The translations under genes and the position numbers were made by a program. A DNA stretch of 26,487 nucleotides from Vitrella brassicaformis CCMP3155 (lineage: Eukaryota; Protista; Chromerida). The stretch covers positions 1 to 26,487 of the forward strand of contig CDMY01000728.1 in assembly GCA_001179505.1 (NCBI GenBank). The letters run 5' to 3'. The notes below the pieces were generated by a model. That model saw nothing but the letters and a program-made list of their open reading frames with translations, made no database searches and was not told where the DNA came from. Positions 1-12,380 of the stretch are shown one piece after another (position 1 is the first letter of the stretch; every line of letters begins with the position of its first letter).

Positions 1-1
1 C

Positions 2-3000
2 AGTGCCGTTGCCGCGGCGGCCCGGCAGTGGTGTGAGGAGCGGCGGGCTGACCCCCTCGAGTGGCTGAAGGAGCTGCTCACGTACCTCTCCATAAACAGA
101 GACCTCAAGAGCAAAGTGTGTGTCGATGGATGGATGGATGGATGGATGGATGGATGTGCACGGCCGTCGCATCGCATTCTGTACAATCGTGTTGTGTATC
201 TTGTGTGTGTTGTGTGTTGTGTGCAGATCCAGCGCGTTGCGGCTGAGGAGATCACGTCTACAGTGCAGTTGGGCGAACTCTTAGGTAGGCATGGCAGAGG
301 ATGTGCAGGCAGGCAGCTAGGCATGCACCAACCATGAGTATCGTTTTCCATGTGTTGCTTGCTTCCTCCCTTCCTTCAGCCGAGGAGGCGCCGGAGGTCT
401 ACCAGCAGGCGTTGGGTGTGCTCAAGGGCGACAGCTATGTCGATACCAGCGGGCTGCTCGCAGAGGCCACCCTGTCGATGGCATACAAATACCAACGTAC
501 GAACGACTCCATAACCACAGACACACACACACGCGCGCACACACACACCCCAGAGTATGTGGGTGTTTGTGCGGTGTGGTGTGTGTGTCTGATCCATCCA
601 TCCATCAGTTGGCGTGGAGGCCGTGCACTGCGCCCTGCGGATCGGTCGACAGGCGCTCCGGCGCGTCCAGGACAACGCTGCCAACTCAAACAAAGTACAC
701 CTTAGTGGGAGGGAAAGCACTGCACCGTCGGGTAGCCAGCCGTGTGTACTGCAGGCGCGATGTGGGTGTTTGGGGCTCATCCGCGGACTGCTCAGGGCTG
801 CGGCCAAGTACGGCCGGACAAGGCCTGGCTGCACCGTCACTCGCCGCACAAAGGAAGACCTGTGTGCATGTCATGTGTGCAGCGAGAGCGAGTTTCGTGT
901 GGGTGAGGCGTATGGGGTTCTGGAGGTGGATCCACCGCAGCTTCGGGATCGCTGGCTCGACGCACTACGTGAGCCAGCAACACCCACTCAAACACCAAAC
1001 ACCAGCCTGACTGACCCATGTCGGCCTGCCTGCCTGCCTGCCTGTCTGCTTGGCTGTTGTGCTGACAGGTCGTTGTGTGGATGGTGGCGAGAGCAGCCTG
1101 GCGTCGCAGCTGGTGGTGGGCATGTACAAAGAGCTCGACGACCGCACACTCAGACAAATCAACACCAATCAGGTCAGTGAGTCAGGGGGCAGGGGGACCA
1201 TCATGTCAATTGGCCGATGCATAACTGGTGCTCCACTACACTGCAGGACCACGTGGCACTGGTGCAGCGCGTTCTCACCACCTACATCGATTTCGAGATC
1301 TCTGTGTGGCAGAGCATCTACGAGCGGGCCAAGACCAATCCTAGCCCCGATCCACTGGGCGACTACGGCCGCTACGAGGCCACCACGGCCCTCTGTCGCC
1401 ACCTGCAGGCCAAGCACTTCGGTGACCAGGAGGATGAGGATGACGGCGATGATGACGGCGAGGGGGAGGGGGAGGGTGGGGGCGAGGAGGCACTCGACCG
1501 CACCGCAGAGCTCTATCGAGACCTCGGCGACACCGATCTAGCGATTGTCGAGGGGATGGATGCGTTGCTCGATGTGAGCGAGGGAAGGAAGCAGGAGCAA
1601 TATGCTAACTGCCAGAAGGTGTTGCTGCTGTGTGTGTATGTGTCACTCCTTTCTCTTCTCTCTCTCTCTCTCTGTGTGTTTGGTTCGTTCCCCAGTGCCG
1701 CCCACGAGATGTGCTGCTGGAGGAGCTGCTCGAAACGGGGCCACCTGCACGTACACACACGCACACACGCACAGACGACAAGCGAGTCGCATTGGTTGGA
1801 TGCCGCACATGTGCGGTTGGTCGGCGTGTGTGTGTGTGTGTGTGTGTGCAGTGGCGGCCACCCTGTTTGAGATCGTGTTGCGTCGCGTGCGTGAGGAGGT
1901 CGTCGAGTTGGATGGCGACGTGTCATCAGAGGAAACCAGGATGCGTCAGAGGGCTATCGCAAAGGTACACACCCCCACAGCCACACACACACACACACAC
2001 GCACACACACAACAGCCCCTCCCTCTCCCCCACCCTGCCAAAAACCATGATGGATGTGCCCGTGTGTAGGAGTTTGGTGTGTGTGTGTCGTCTTGCGGCC
2101 ATGTGTCGGGCCACCTGGGTGGCCTGATGGACGACGATGACGACCAGGAGGACCCTGACACACGACTCAGAGGTGGGTCAGATCGGGCATGACATGGTGG
2201 TGGACTGTCTGTCTGTCCTCTCTCCTTCGTATGAGTGCATTCCCTCCCTCCCTCCCTCTCTCCCTTGTCTGCACATCCTTTCTGCAGGTCGCATTTTGGA
2301 GATGGCCTTCGAACACCTGAGTCCGCTCATCAACGACGAGGGGCGCCCGGAGGGTGAGGGGCCGGCCGGGTGTGTAGGGGACGCTCACACGCACCATGGC
2401 TGCCTGCGTTTGGTTTGCCCAGAGTTGCGTTGGGAGGTCCTCGACTGCGTGCCGGCCGCCCTGAGCCTCTCTGTTCATAATGGGGAGTGGCACCGCGACC
2501 ATCAGGTGACCTGAGCGACAGACGGCACCATCCGCCGCCCGTGTCCGTGTGCGTGTGATCTCTCCCCTTTTGTCTCTCTGCTTGAGTGTCAGAACGCGTC
2601 GCTTGCCCGTGGTGCGGTGGGGCAGATGATGGACCTGGCCGCTGACGCCTGTGATGCCACTGTAGCGAGAGAGGTGAGCTATGCATTGCACCTCGCACCC
2701 GTGCACACCAGGGTGGGTGGGGTGCATAGTGGGTTACACACACCACACTTGCTGTGTGCGTGCAGGAGCCTGGCGCGCCCGAGATGACCCCCTTGTCGCT
2801 CATCGCCCTCCGTGCCCTCAGAAAGCTCGAACGTTAGACAACAACAACAAGTTTGTTCTGAGGCCCATGTCTTGTCTTGTCTTGTCTTGTGTTTTGTGTG
2901 CGCAGCGGCAGTTGTGTTCCACATCGTGGGGCCTCTGGTGGCTCAACAACTCAGCAGTGAGGATCCCTCAACCGTCAAGGCCATACACATAGAGGTCAGC

Positions 3001-5891
3001 CAGCCAGTCGGTCGACCAAACCAACAAGGGGGGCTGGACGACCGAGGGAATACTCTTTCATTCTCACTGCTGTCTGTGTGTCTGTGTGTGCAGATGGCGG
3101 CTGCATATCGCACACGCGCCGACGACTTCGACAGCAACGACCAAGCGGCCTGTCGCGAGGTACGCTCACACACACATCACATCACACCACACCACACCCA
3201 GCCTGACCGCCTTGAGCAGATATCCAGCAAGATCCGTCGTGTGGCCTTCGCGCGCGACCGAGCCGGCGTGTCCACTCGCGCCAAGGCCCTCATCCACCTC
3301 ACCTCGTCAATCGCCATGCTCCCCAACTACGTAGACTCTACACAACACACAAAACCACACACACACACATGCGATCTCTCCCTATGTCTGTGTGTATGGG
3401 TGTGCAGATGCAGCAGGCTGAGAGCCGCAACCTCCTGGCCGCGTGTGTCAAGGAGGCCGAGGCACTGGCCATGGACCGCGCCGTGCTGCTGACGTGCATC
3501 AAGGACGTCATCATGCGGCTGGGTCCGCGGCCGTCGCCAATAAACTCGCCGTCAGAGGAGCTGGACGGCGGGAAGGAGCTCCGGCAGAGCCTCCAGGGGG
3601 TCGTCAGCGAGTGCATGCGGCACCTGGGCAAACACAAACCTGTCGGCGACAAGGCCCTCAAAACTCAGGTACACACACACACACACAGACCGGTGTATGG
3701 CTGTGTGCGTGTGTGTGTGTGGAATTGGCAGCATGCCGCCGTCGATATCATGACCAAGATCGTCGAGGTCAGCATACTACCACAGGACAGAACAAGCAGT
3801 CTCGTGTGGTGTGTGCATATGGTGCCACACGTGTGTATGTGTATGTGTATGTGTATGCGTGTGTGTTTGTCTTTGTTTGTTTGTCAGAAGTGGCCTGCAG
3901 CTCTTGGGCGGGATGGCGTGACGGGCCAGCTGATCGACTACCTCCTCAACGTAGCACTGGTCAGTAACTGCACAGCACACACATCAATCAAGTCTGGATC
4001 CATTCCATCGATCGGTACAGACGGCTGCGGCTCTGTGTGTATGTTTGTGTCTCAGAGTGTGGGTATTGACGTGTCCAAGTGGTTGTGCGGGACGCGCCAG
4101 CTGTCCGAGAGCGCCATCCTCTGCTCAAGGGTCATCATTACCAACGCAGACGCATCGGGCCAGGTGTGTGTGTGTGTGTGTGTGTGCCGGCCACACAAAT
4201 CGCACACGAAATGGTTTAGTCTCTCCACCTACACCGGTCTGTGTGTGTGTGTATGTGCGTGGATGGATGGATGGATGGATGCAGGAGTTGTCTCGTCAGA
4301 TCGTAGAGTCGGCCGTCAAGTTCCTGCCAACCTTCAAGCTCGACCGAGAGGCGGAAAACAACAAGCCGCCACAGCAGCCACTTCCACAGGCACCTGAACC
4401 CGTGTCCTTCACACTCGTCACGCCCTTCATAGCACAGGTGAGCTCACGAACGCCTGTCTCCCTTATCTGCCCATCCATATGTCACGTGCTCTTGTCGTCC
4501 CTCCCTCCCTCCCACCGGCTCATCCCTGGTCCACCAGCACGTCCGTGAGCTGAAGGCCGGGCTGCACTTTTTCTCCCCCGCCAGCGCCTCCTCGACCAAA
4601 CTCATGGACGCCACTATCGACACACTCAAGGTAATGTACCTTTACACAAGAAAGAACTGTGCGCAGGTTGTCATGTGACCGCTCTCTCTCTCTCTCTCTC
4701 TGCGTGTGTGTGTGTGCGCTGGCAGCACTGGCCAGCGGTGGAGGAGCAGCGCCTCGTTGTCGCGACGCCGGTCAGCAGGGGTGGCGCGGCACCGAGGTGT
4801 CTGCTTGGCTGCAACGGGCACTTCTGATCTGTGTGGGTGGGTGCAGATAGAGATTTGGCGTCTGCTGCGGGCCATGGTCGACGAGCTCGTCGGGGGCGGC
4901 AAGAAGGTGAGTCAGTCAGCAGAGCGGCGGGCGACGGACACACCCCAATCCAATGCACTCACTCATCACATCGATTCGATGGGTCAGGTGCCCAACAGTC
5001 ATGCGCTCAAGAGGCTGCATCAGGTGGTGGCGGTGCTGGTGCCACACCTCTCACGAGACGGCCGCTGCCAACTGGGCTACGGCGCCCAACAGACACACAT
5101 ATTGCTACACGTGCGTGCGTGAAGTGATCGTCTAACCCACAGCCACCAGCCCTTCACCCACCCCACACCGGCCCTCACCTCTCTCCCTCTCTCCCTCTCT
5201 CCCTCTCTCCCTCTCTCCCTCTCTCCCTCTCTGTGTGTGTGTGTGTCTGGTTTGTGCTTGTGCAGCTGTGGGATGTGTTGTGGCGAGTTTTCCTGCGCAA
5301 GTGCGACTTGGCCTGGATAGCCGACTTCACCCTCACCAAAGACCTATGCACCGCACTCAAACAACACAACATCGTACGCTGCCACCACCCCTCCCAGCCA
5401 TCCACCCGCTCTTCTCACCCATGTGTGTGTCTGTCTGTCTGTCTGTCTGTCTGTGTGTCTGTCTGTGTGCAGGATGGCCCTGTGTACCGTTCGTGGCGGT
5501 ATCTGGTCCGCGGCATCCACCGACGTGGCCGCGAGCTGGCCCTGCAGCAGAGACAGGCGGAGCAAGACGACGGACACGACAGCAGTGGGCAGGCCAGCAG
5601 CGGACACCCCAGCGGCGGGGCCTGTCCTCCTGCTGCTGCCGCTGCTGCTTTTGCTGCTGCTGGTTTGCCGGGGGCAGCAGCAGCGGTTGCAGAGCTACAT
5701 GCTGCTGCTGCTGCCGGTGGTGGTGGCGGCCCCAGCCAGCTGACGCCGCCCCTGGAGCAGCCTGCTGTGGTTGCCTTTCTGCGGGAGAGCGGCCAGGCCA
5801 TCTGCCAATGCTGGACGAGGTGAGGCGCGGGACGAGGGGGAGAGGCACAAACGGCAAAGAGATCGTGTGCACGCACCTTCATGTCTGTGTA

Positions 5892-5924
<33 letters not shown>

Positions 5925-6447
5925 GTGTTGGTTGCTGACCTCAGTTGTGTGGAGCATGCCAAGCTTGCCCTCGAGATCGGTGAGGAGCATGTTGAGGATG
6001 TGTCGGAGTTGCGCCAGGCAGCCGGCGACAAGGTCGCACAGACCGCCATGGCCTACGAGGAGTTCATGCAGGTCACACAGCCACACACCACACACCACAT
6101 GCCACATCACGTCACACACACATGTGTCTGTGACCTGCAGATGTTTGGTTCGATGCGTGTGGGCGGACCGGAGGGCGAGGAGGGCGACGACAGTGAGGAG
6201 GCTACCACGCTCAGCGACGAGCTGCGGGCAGGTCTGCAGGAGTCGAGCTTCAGCCTGTTTGACGCCGCAAGCGAGTGTGCCGTCCACCACCCTCTCAAGG
6301 CTGCGTCCCTCCACGCCATGGCACTGGCACTCAAGGCCGGCGGCACACACACCGCTGACGCAATCTTCGCACCTGACGTGAGATGGAGGGATGAGTGGAT
6401 GGATGGAGAAGGAGGTCAACGACCGACCCCAATTGTGCGTCTGTCCG

Positions 6448-6478
<31 letters not shown>

Positions 6479-8311
6479 AGGGCCCTGGGGAGAGTCTGCT
6501 GCTGAGCATTAAGCTGGCCCTCACGCCTCTGAGCGAGCTGACGGACGACGATGGCGAAGACGGCGGCCAAGGCGATGGTGAGGCCAACGGCGAGGAGGCG
6601 GAGCATGACGCAGCCGAGGGTGAGGAGGACGAAGACGGCGATGGTGACGAGCAGATGGACGTAGACAAGGGGCGCAAGAGAGACAGAGACCTCGACCAGG
6701 GGGAGGAGGAGGGCGACGAGGGTCCCCAAGCCAAGCGACAGCGGTGAGGACAAACTCAACACAGACAGAGCACACACACACGCACACTCTCTCTCTCTCT
6801 CTCTCGCTCGCGCGCGCGCACACACACTTCTTTGTGGCCTCACTCACTTTGTGCCCATTGGCTCGGTCGGTTCGTGTGTGCGCAGTGTGTGCGGCGGTTT
6901 CTTCTTTGATGATTCTTTCCCGGACGACCTTGGCCTGCCGCAGATGTTCGAGGAGGGGGAGGGGGAGGAGCCCACGGATCCCACAGATGTACACCAGCAG
7001 CCCGAGACCGACCTCCAAGCACCACTAGCCGCCGCACACGCACTCGGTGGGTGAGGTGACTGGCTGATCCATCCATCAAGACACACACACACGCACACAC
7101 ACGCACGCACACACACGCACGCACACACTCCCCCCTCCCCCCCCCCGTGTGTGTGCGTGTGTAGGGGCGTTGGCTGATGTGGCCCCTGTGCAGTTGCGGG
7201 ATGCGCAGCTGAACTACCCGGACACCTTCGACGAGCACTATGTCAACACCATCTTAGACAAGGTATGGGTGGCTGTGTGTACCTAATCTATCCACGTGTA
7301 CTGTGTTGTGCTGTGTTGCGTGATGGTGTAGTTGGACAATTGGGTTGAGATCCTGCGTGACGGCAATAAGCACCAGGGGGACGACGTCAACGAGGTAATG
7401 GAATAAGCGGTGGAGGGGATGTGGTGGCTGGCCGCTGTGTGGTAAGATGTCGTGTGTTGTGTTGTGTTGTGTTGTGTGTCGTGTGTGTCCTCAGTTGGTC
7501 TACACGGTGCTCACCACCCAGTTCGTCCTTACAGAACAGTTCTGGCAAGACAAGTACGCACAGACGCAGCCCTACTCACACACACACACACACACAGACA
7601 GACACACAGGACGGCATCCCTCTCCGTGTTTGCAGAGCGGTGTTTGCCGATGTGGGCAAGGTGCAGGAGCGCTTCTCCTTCTGGCTGACCTACATCATGC
7701 CAACGCTGCTCGACCGCCTCGACTTTGTCCCCCTGCCCGACGACCTCCACCACATGGACATCGACACACCGCCACACACCCATGCCCGCCACCACCGCCC
7801 ACACCACAACGCCATGCGGCCCAGCGAGATGCGGGCCCGCTGCGAGTACGCCGCCCGGCAGGCGCATGAGGTGTGGCTGCGGCTGCTGGGCGACTACCTG
7901 GCCGACTCGACCATTTCGGAGGACGAGCCGGAGGAGCCGGTGGGCTTCTTCAACCTCTACAAATACGCCAACAAGATGCAGGTGGGCCGCAAAAGACGAA
8001 AGAAACGGGTGGCAAAAGGTCAACGTTTGTTAATGTGTCTGTGGGTGGGTGCGTGTGTGTGGCTGCAGCTACTAGGGTATTTGGGTAGTCTGATTGAGCG
8101 TTTTTTGGTGTTGGTGGTCGAGGAGGACGGCCGGCGGGCGGCCGTCAAGCGGCTCAAGGCCATCCAGGAACAGGTACGTGTCTGTGGGCAGGGAGCAGCC
8201 ACTCGTTCGATGGATGTGGGGTGGTGTGATGTGATGTGATGTGATGTGTTGTGGTGTGTTGGTGTGCAGGTGCACCTGCATCCTGGGGAGGCGCCCAGCA
8301 CACCCACATGA
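2..8311 (+). CDS. Large multi-exon hypothetical protein (5'-partial), mostly alpha-helical with acidic low-complexity tracts; function unknown
   Basis: Frame-consistent GT-AG exon chain. Examples: 2-115 (SAVAAAARQWCEERRADPLEWLKELLTYLSINRDLKSK), 227-284, exon from 609 (GVEAVHCALRIGRQ), 3408-3668 (MQQAESRNLLAACVKEAE), exon from 7636 (AVFADVGKVQERFSFWLTYIMPTLLDRLDF), final exon 8270-8311 (VHLHPGEAPSTPT*). Roughly 35-40 exons and about 1,500 aa by approximate hand count. No family motif recognised. Confidence 0.75.
5179..5232 (+). repeat. Pure-pyrimidine octamer tandem repeat (CTCTCTCC)n in an intron
   Basis: ctctctccctctctccctctctccc… runs about 54 nt with only C and T, followed by a (GT)n tract. 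Confidence 0.85.
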
Positions 8312-8928
8312 GAGACAGAGGGGCAGATACACCGACGTCCTACCCACCCATGTGTAGCTTTAGTGTCGGTTGGGTCGGCTGGTCGGTCGGTCGGTCGGTC
8401 GATGTGAAGTAGATGTGAAGTAGACAGAACTGGGGTGGTGTGTGTGTGTGTGTGCGGGGGGCGGGAGCGGCATAGATAAACCGACCAAGCATCATTCATT
8501 CATCGAATGAGTGAGTGAATTCCGGCATGGTATGGCATGGCATTGTCCACTCATCGTCCATGCATCCATCCATCCAGATCCATCCATCCACCCACGGTCT
8601 CATTGTCTTGACAAACATCAGTCAATCAATCAGCCAGCCAGTGTACAGGCACCACCTGACGTGCAGCGTCGATTGCCTCTGTCTGTTGGAGGCATATGCA
8701 CACGCACACACACCAAGGGAATCATTCTGGTGCGTGCGACATGGTGACACCCCTCCCCTCCCTCCCTCCCCATCCTCCCTGCCTGTACAGAAACTAAGCG
8801 ACCACGCACCTTGGGCAGACAGACAGACAGACAGCGAGCAATTTCCCTCACCCACCACCGCCGCCGCCGTGCCGTTTATACAGTAAACACAGCCGTACGC
8901 CTTGCCGACGGTTTCTTTCCCTCCTGAC

Positions 8929-11367
8929 TCAGACAACTGTCTTTCTCATTTGTGGAGTTATCTCCACCGTCACCACTCTGCCCACCACATCATTATCACC
9001 AATCTCACCACCTGCTAATGTCCTCATGTCAGCGTCGGCCGCCACGACCGACGGCCACAGCAGCCGCCTCCCATAGGTGACGATGGACACCACCAGACGG
9101 CTGAACACCGACAGAGGGGTCGCCCACAAGGCACTAAAGGGCGGAGAGGGGGCGGACACGGAATCCTCCTCTGAGGCTTCTGAGTCTTCTTCCGCCTCTC
9201 TCTGTTGCCGTTGCCGACATTCCCTCTCCCTGTCGCCTGTGTGGGTGGCCAGCCTAATCTCCAGCCTGTTCTTGTCCTCGGCCCTTTCGACCGTGACGCT
9301 CTCGGGCGGTGTGACCCTCACAGTGTAGCCATGTGGGTAGTGGACGCCCTCATTGAGGTACACGACGGTGGGGGCGTGGATGCAGGGGTCGGGCTCGTAG
9401 GTGAGCACGAACAGGCCGGTGGCGGGGTCGAAGGAGGTGCGGTGGAGGGCACCCGCTATGGCCATCGGGTAGGTCCGCGACAGCACACGGACCTTCTCGT
9501 ACTTGAGTTCCCCCGTGTCGACGTCCCAGAAACCTGCACAACAACACAATACAACACACGGACGGACCTTCCTGTGATGTTGGTTTCTGCCACAGGCACC
9601 CCCCCCCCCCTTCACACAGACGTACCTTGGAGGCGGTCTCCGTGGTTTTTGTCGTTGCCGATAGGGAAGGTCTTGAATGCCCACCAGGTCCACGACTGAT
9701 GGTGCACGTCAGCCATGTCAAGCAGCGCCTTGATGGGCTCCAGCTGCTCGGGCACCCCGTCCACCTCACCAAACTCAGTCATGAAACCACCGTAGGCCGC
9801 GCCGCCCGTTTTCTTCTTCTTTCCTTTCCTGTTGGTGGCGCCGTCCAGGCGCCTCAGGTCCCAGAGCGCCATCCGGAACAGCACTGTCAGGGCAAGCCGA
9901 CATAGGAAACGCTGAGACCTGCAGACAGACAATGGACGGATGGATGGATGGATGCATTGGCCAGGCACAATGGAGATGTGTCGCTTTGTGCGTGTGTGTG
10001 TGCGCACCAGCTGATGGGTTTGCCGGCTTCGAAGGGCGAGCAGTAGATGTGGTAGCTGAAGACGCCGCCGGGGTCGTCCGCCCCTAGGTTGAGGGGGTCG
10101 CCTCGCAGGCCGCTCTTGAAGATGCTCGTGAAGGCCTTCTCGAAGAAGATGATGTGGTTCCTGTCCACCTCACGGATGCTGCGCGTCAGACGCTGGTAGA
10201 ACGGACGCAGATTGGCGTAGTCTGAGTGACCCTGCAGGCAGAGCAGACAGACACCACAAGGCTCGTCACGTGCCATTCCATGGAATCTGCGTGTGGCTTG
10301 GTGAGTGCCTCACTCACGGACCTGCACGAGCAGCAGTGTCAGGTTGTTGTAGAAGTCGCCTGTCCACGGCTCGTTCATGAGCTCATACCCCAACACATGA
10401 GGGTTTTCCCGGAACCTGCTGGCCGCGTACCGCCAGACATTCGAGAGGGCCGTCTGCGCCCCCGCCACGTCGTCGTAGAGGGCCTGGAAGCTCTTGCTGA
10501 CGCGCTGGCTGAGGTAGTACTCGACGAAGAACGAGTTGTCGCAGTCGCTGGTGGACGGAGTGCCCTTGTCTGTGTTATTGAACGGCGGGAGGATGGGAGC
10601 GGGGAAGTCGTCCATGTTGGTGTAGACGCCGTGGCGGTCGAACTCCTCCACCCAGAAGGACGGAATGCCCTCGCCGCAGAAGGGCTCGCTGAACAAGTCC
10701 TGGTGCAGATCGAGGATCGTGTAGATGCCTGCAACCAATCAACCAAACAACCAATGCATTGACAGACAACACGTGGGATGCTTGGGGTGGTGGGGCGGTT
10801 TGCGTCACTCGTGGGAATGCTTGTAGGCTGGCTGGCTGACTGACCTCTGCTCGACAGCCTGTCCACGATGCCCTCAATGACCCCAAAGTATGTATGGTTG
10901 AAGCGCCGCCCGTGCGGCTCCATGCCAGGCCACATAAGGCCGAGGCGCACCACGTTGAACCCCCACTCCCTCAGGTGGTCTATGTCCACGTCAGACAGGG
11001 ACCGCCACGGATCAAAAGGGGCGTCAGGGGCGGATGGCGGGTGGAAGGGCGGCGACTTGATGACCACGTTAACGCCGTGGAAGAGCCGCTGGCGGCCGTC
11101 CCGGTCCATAAAGTGGCGGCTGGACGGATCCACGTGAATGAAGCCATCACCCAAACCGACAAGAAGCAGCGTCGGGAGGAGAAGCCGCTGTAGGGGAGGG
11201 ATAAAGGCGGTAGTAGTGGAAGGCTGCTGATGCCGCCGCTGTGGCCGTGGCGCAGTGCGTGGCCTGAGGGGCTCAGCTCCATCGGATGAGCCATATACTG
11301 GATGGCTCGGCTCAGAACGATAATGACATCTTCGCGCAGAGGATTGTTGGCTTTGTCGCGGCTCCAT
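8929..11367 (-). CDS. Glycoside hydrolase family 5, endoglycoceramidase-like, with C-terminal beta-sandwich domain
   Basis: Exons 11367-10845, 10728-10322, 10231-10008, 9918-9626, 9533-8929. Motifs: LFHGVNVVIK, GFNVVRLGLMWPGMEP, IYTILDLHQDLFSEPFCGEGIP, VLGYELMNEP (acid/base Glu), VFSYHIYC, FMTEFG (nucleophile Glu), SWTWW, LSRTYPMAIAG. These match the EGCase-type GH5 pattern. Confidence 0.92.
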
Positions 11368-11473
11368 CTTCTGAAGAGGCGAGCGATGGCTGAGAACGGA
11401 TGCGAGCTAATGGAGCAAATGATGCGTTTCGCGCAGGTTTTGGGATGCGTGTGAGGTGGCTGATGGTGGATTG
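11368..11473. promoter_or_regulatory. Putative very short bidirectional promoter / 5' region between divergent genes
   Basis: Only 106 nt separate the GH5 ATG (11367, - strand) from the predicted ATG of the + strand gene (11474). No specific element was identified. Confidence 0.35.
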
Positions 11474-12348
11474 ATGGACATAGATAACGCTGACGGCCCG
11501 GCCGCCGCTGCAGCTGCAGGTCACACCCACCACCATTGCATTGCACACACCGGATGGGATGTGGGTGTGTGGTGGGGTGTTGCTGGTGCATGTTGTGCAG
11601 GTGTGCAGGGCGGCGCGGCGAATGGCAGTGTTAGCTTGCGTGACGTCACAGATCAGCTCGACTCGGTGAGAAAGGACGTTTCGCCACACGGTGCATTGCA
11701 TTGCTCTGCATTGCTCCGTTCTGCTCTGCTCTGCAGATGACATCTCAGATGGCCGCGTGCACAGAGGCGGCGAAGCTCAGCACCTCACAGCTCGATGACA
11801 ATACAGCTGAGGTCACCACGGAAAGAGAACAGAGAAGTTCATTGGACCGCGCAATGCCATCAGCACTCATTGGCTGTGTTTCTCTGTCTGCAGGACCGTG
11901 GCCGGCTGGCGGATGCGCTCAAGACCTTCACCGACGCCCACTCCACTCTTCGCAACCAGCTGACGCACATCCTCACCGTAAGGCCGGCATAGACGCCACA
12001 ATGGCTCTCAAAAGCAGATGCGTCCATCCCTCTCTCTGTCGCCGTGTGTGTGTGTGTGTGAGGTCAGACATTGCGTGCGCCTCGTTACAAGGTCGGCACT
12101 CGTGTGTCGGTGGCGGCCGAGGAGAGGAGGGGCGACTCTGTGTGGGTGACGGCCGCTGTGTACCACACGGAGGAGACCGATGGCGGCACTGTGGTGTTCA
12201 TGCGGGAGGTGGAGGGGAGGGAGGAGAACCTCAAGCCGGTCACCGTACCGCACCGGACCAAGCCACCACCCCAGCACAACCAAGACCTGGTAGGCATATA
12301 CACGACAGTCACACGTACGTTGGACCTCCAGTGCGGATCCCTCTCTCA

Positions 12349-12380
<32 letters not shown>

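Noticed and set aside
5415-6734. 439-aa antisense ORF and other long overlapping ORFs (e.g. 5235-6512, 13727-14380, 376-849)
   Set aside because: They are shadows of GC-rich exons on the other strand or frame. They translate through microsatellite introns (HTHTHT, VCVCVC) and have no family motifs.
6800-6830. (CG)n/(CA)n alternating tract as a functional Z-DNA element
   Set aside because: Short, and indistinguishable from the ubiquitous intronic microsatellites.
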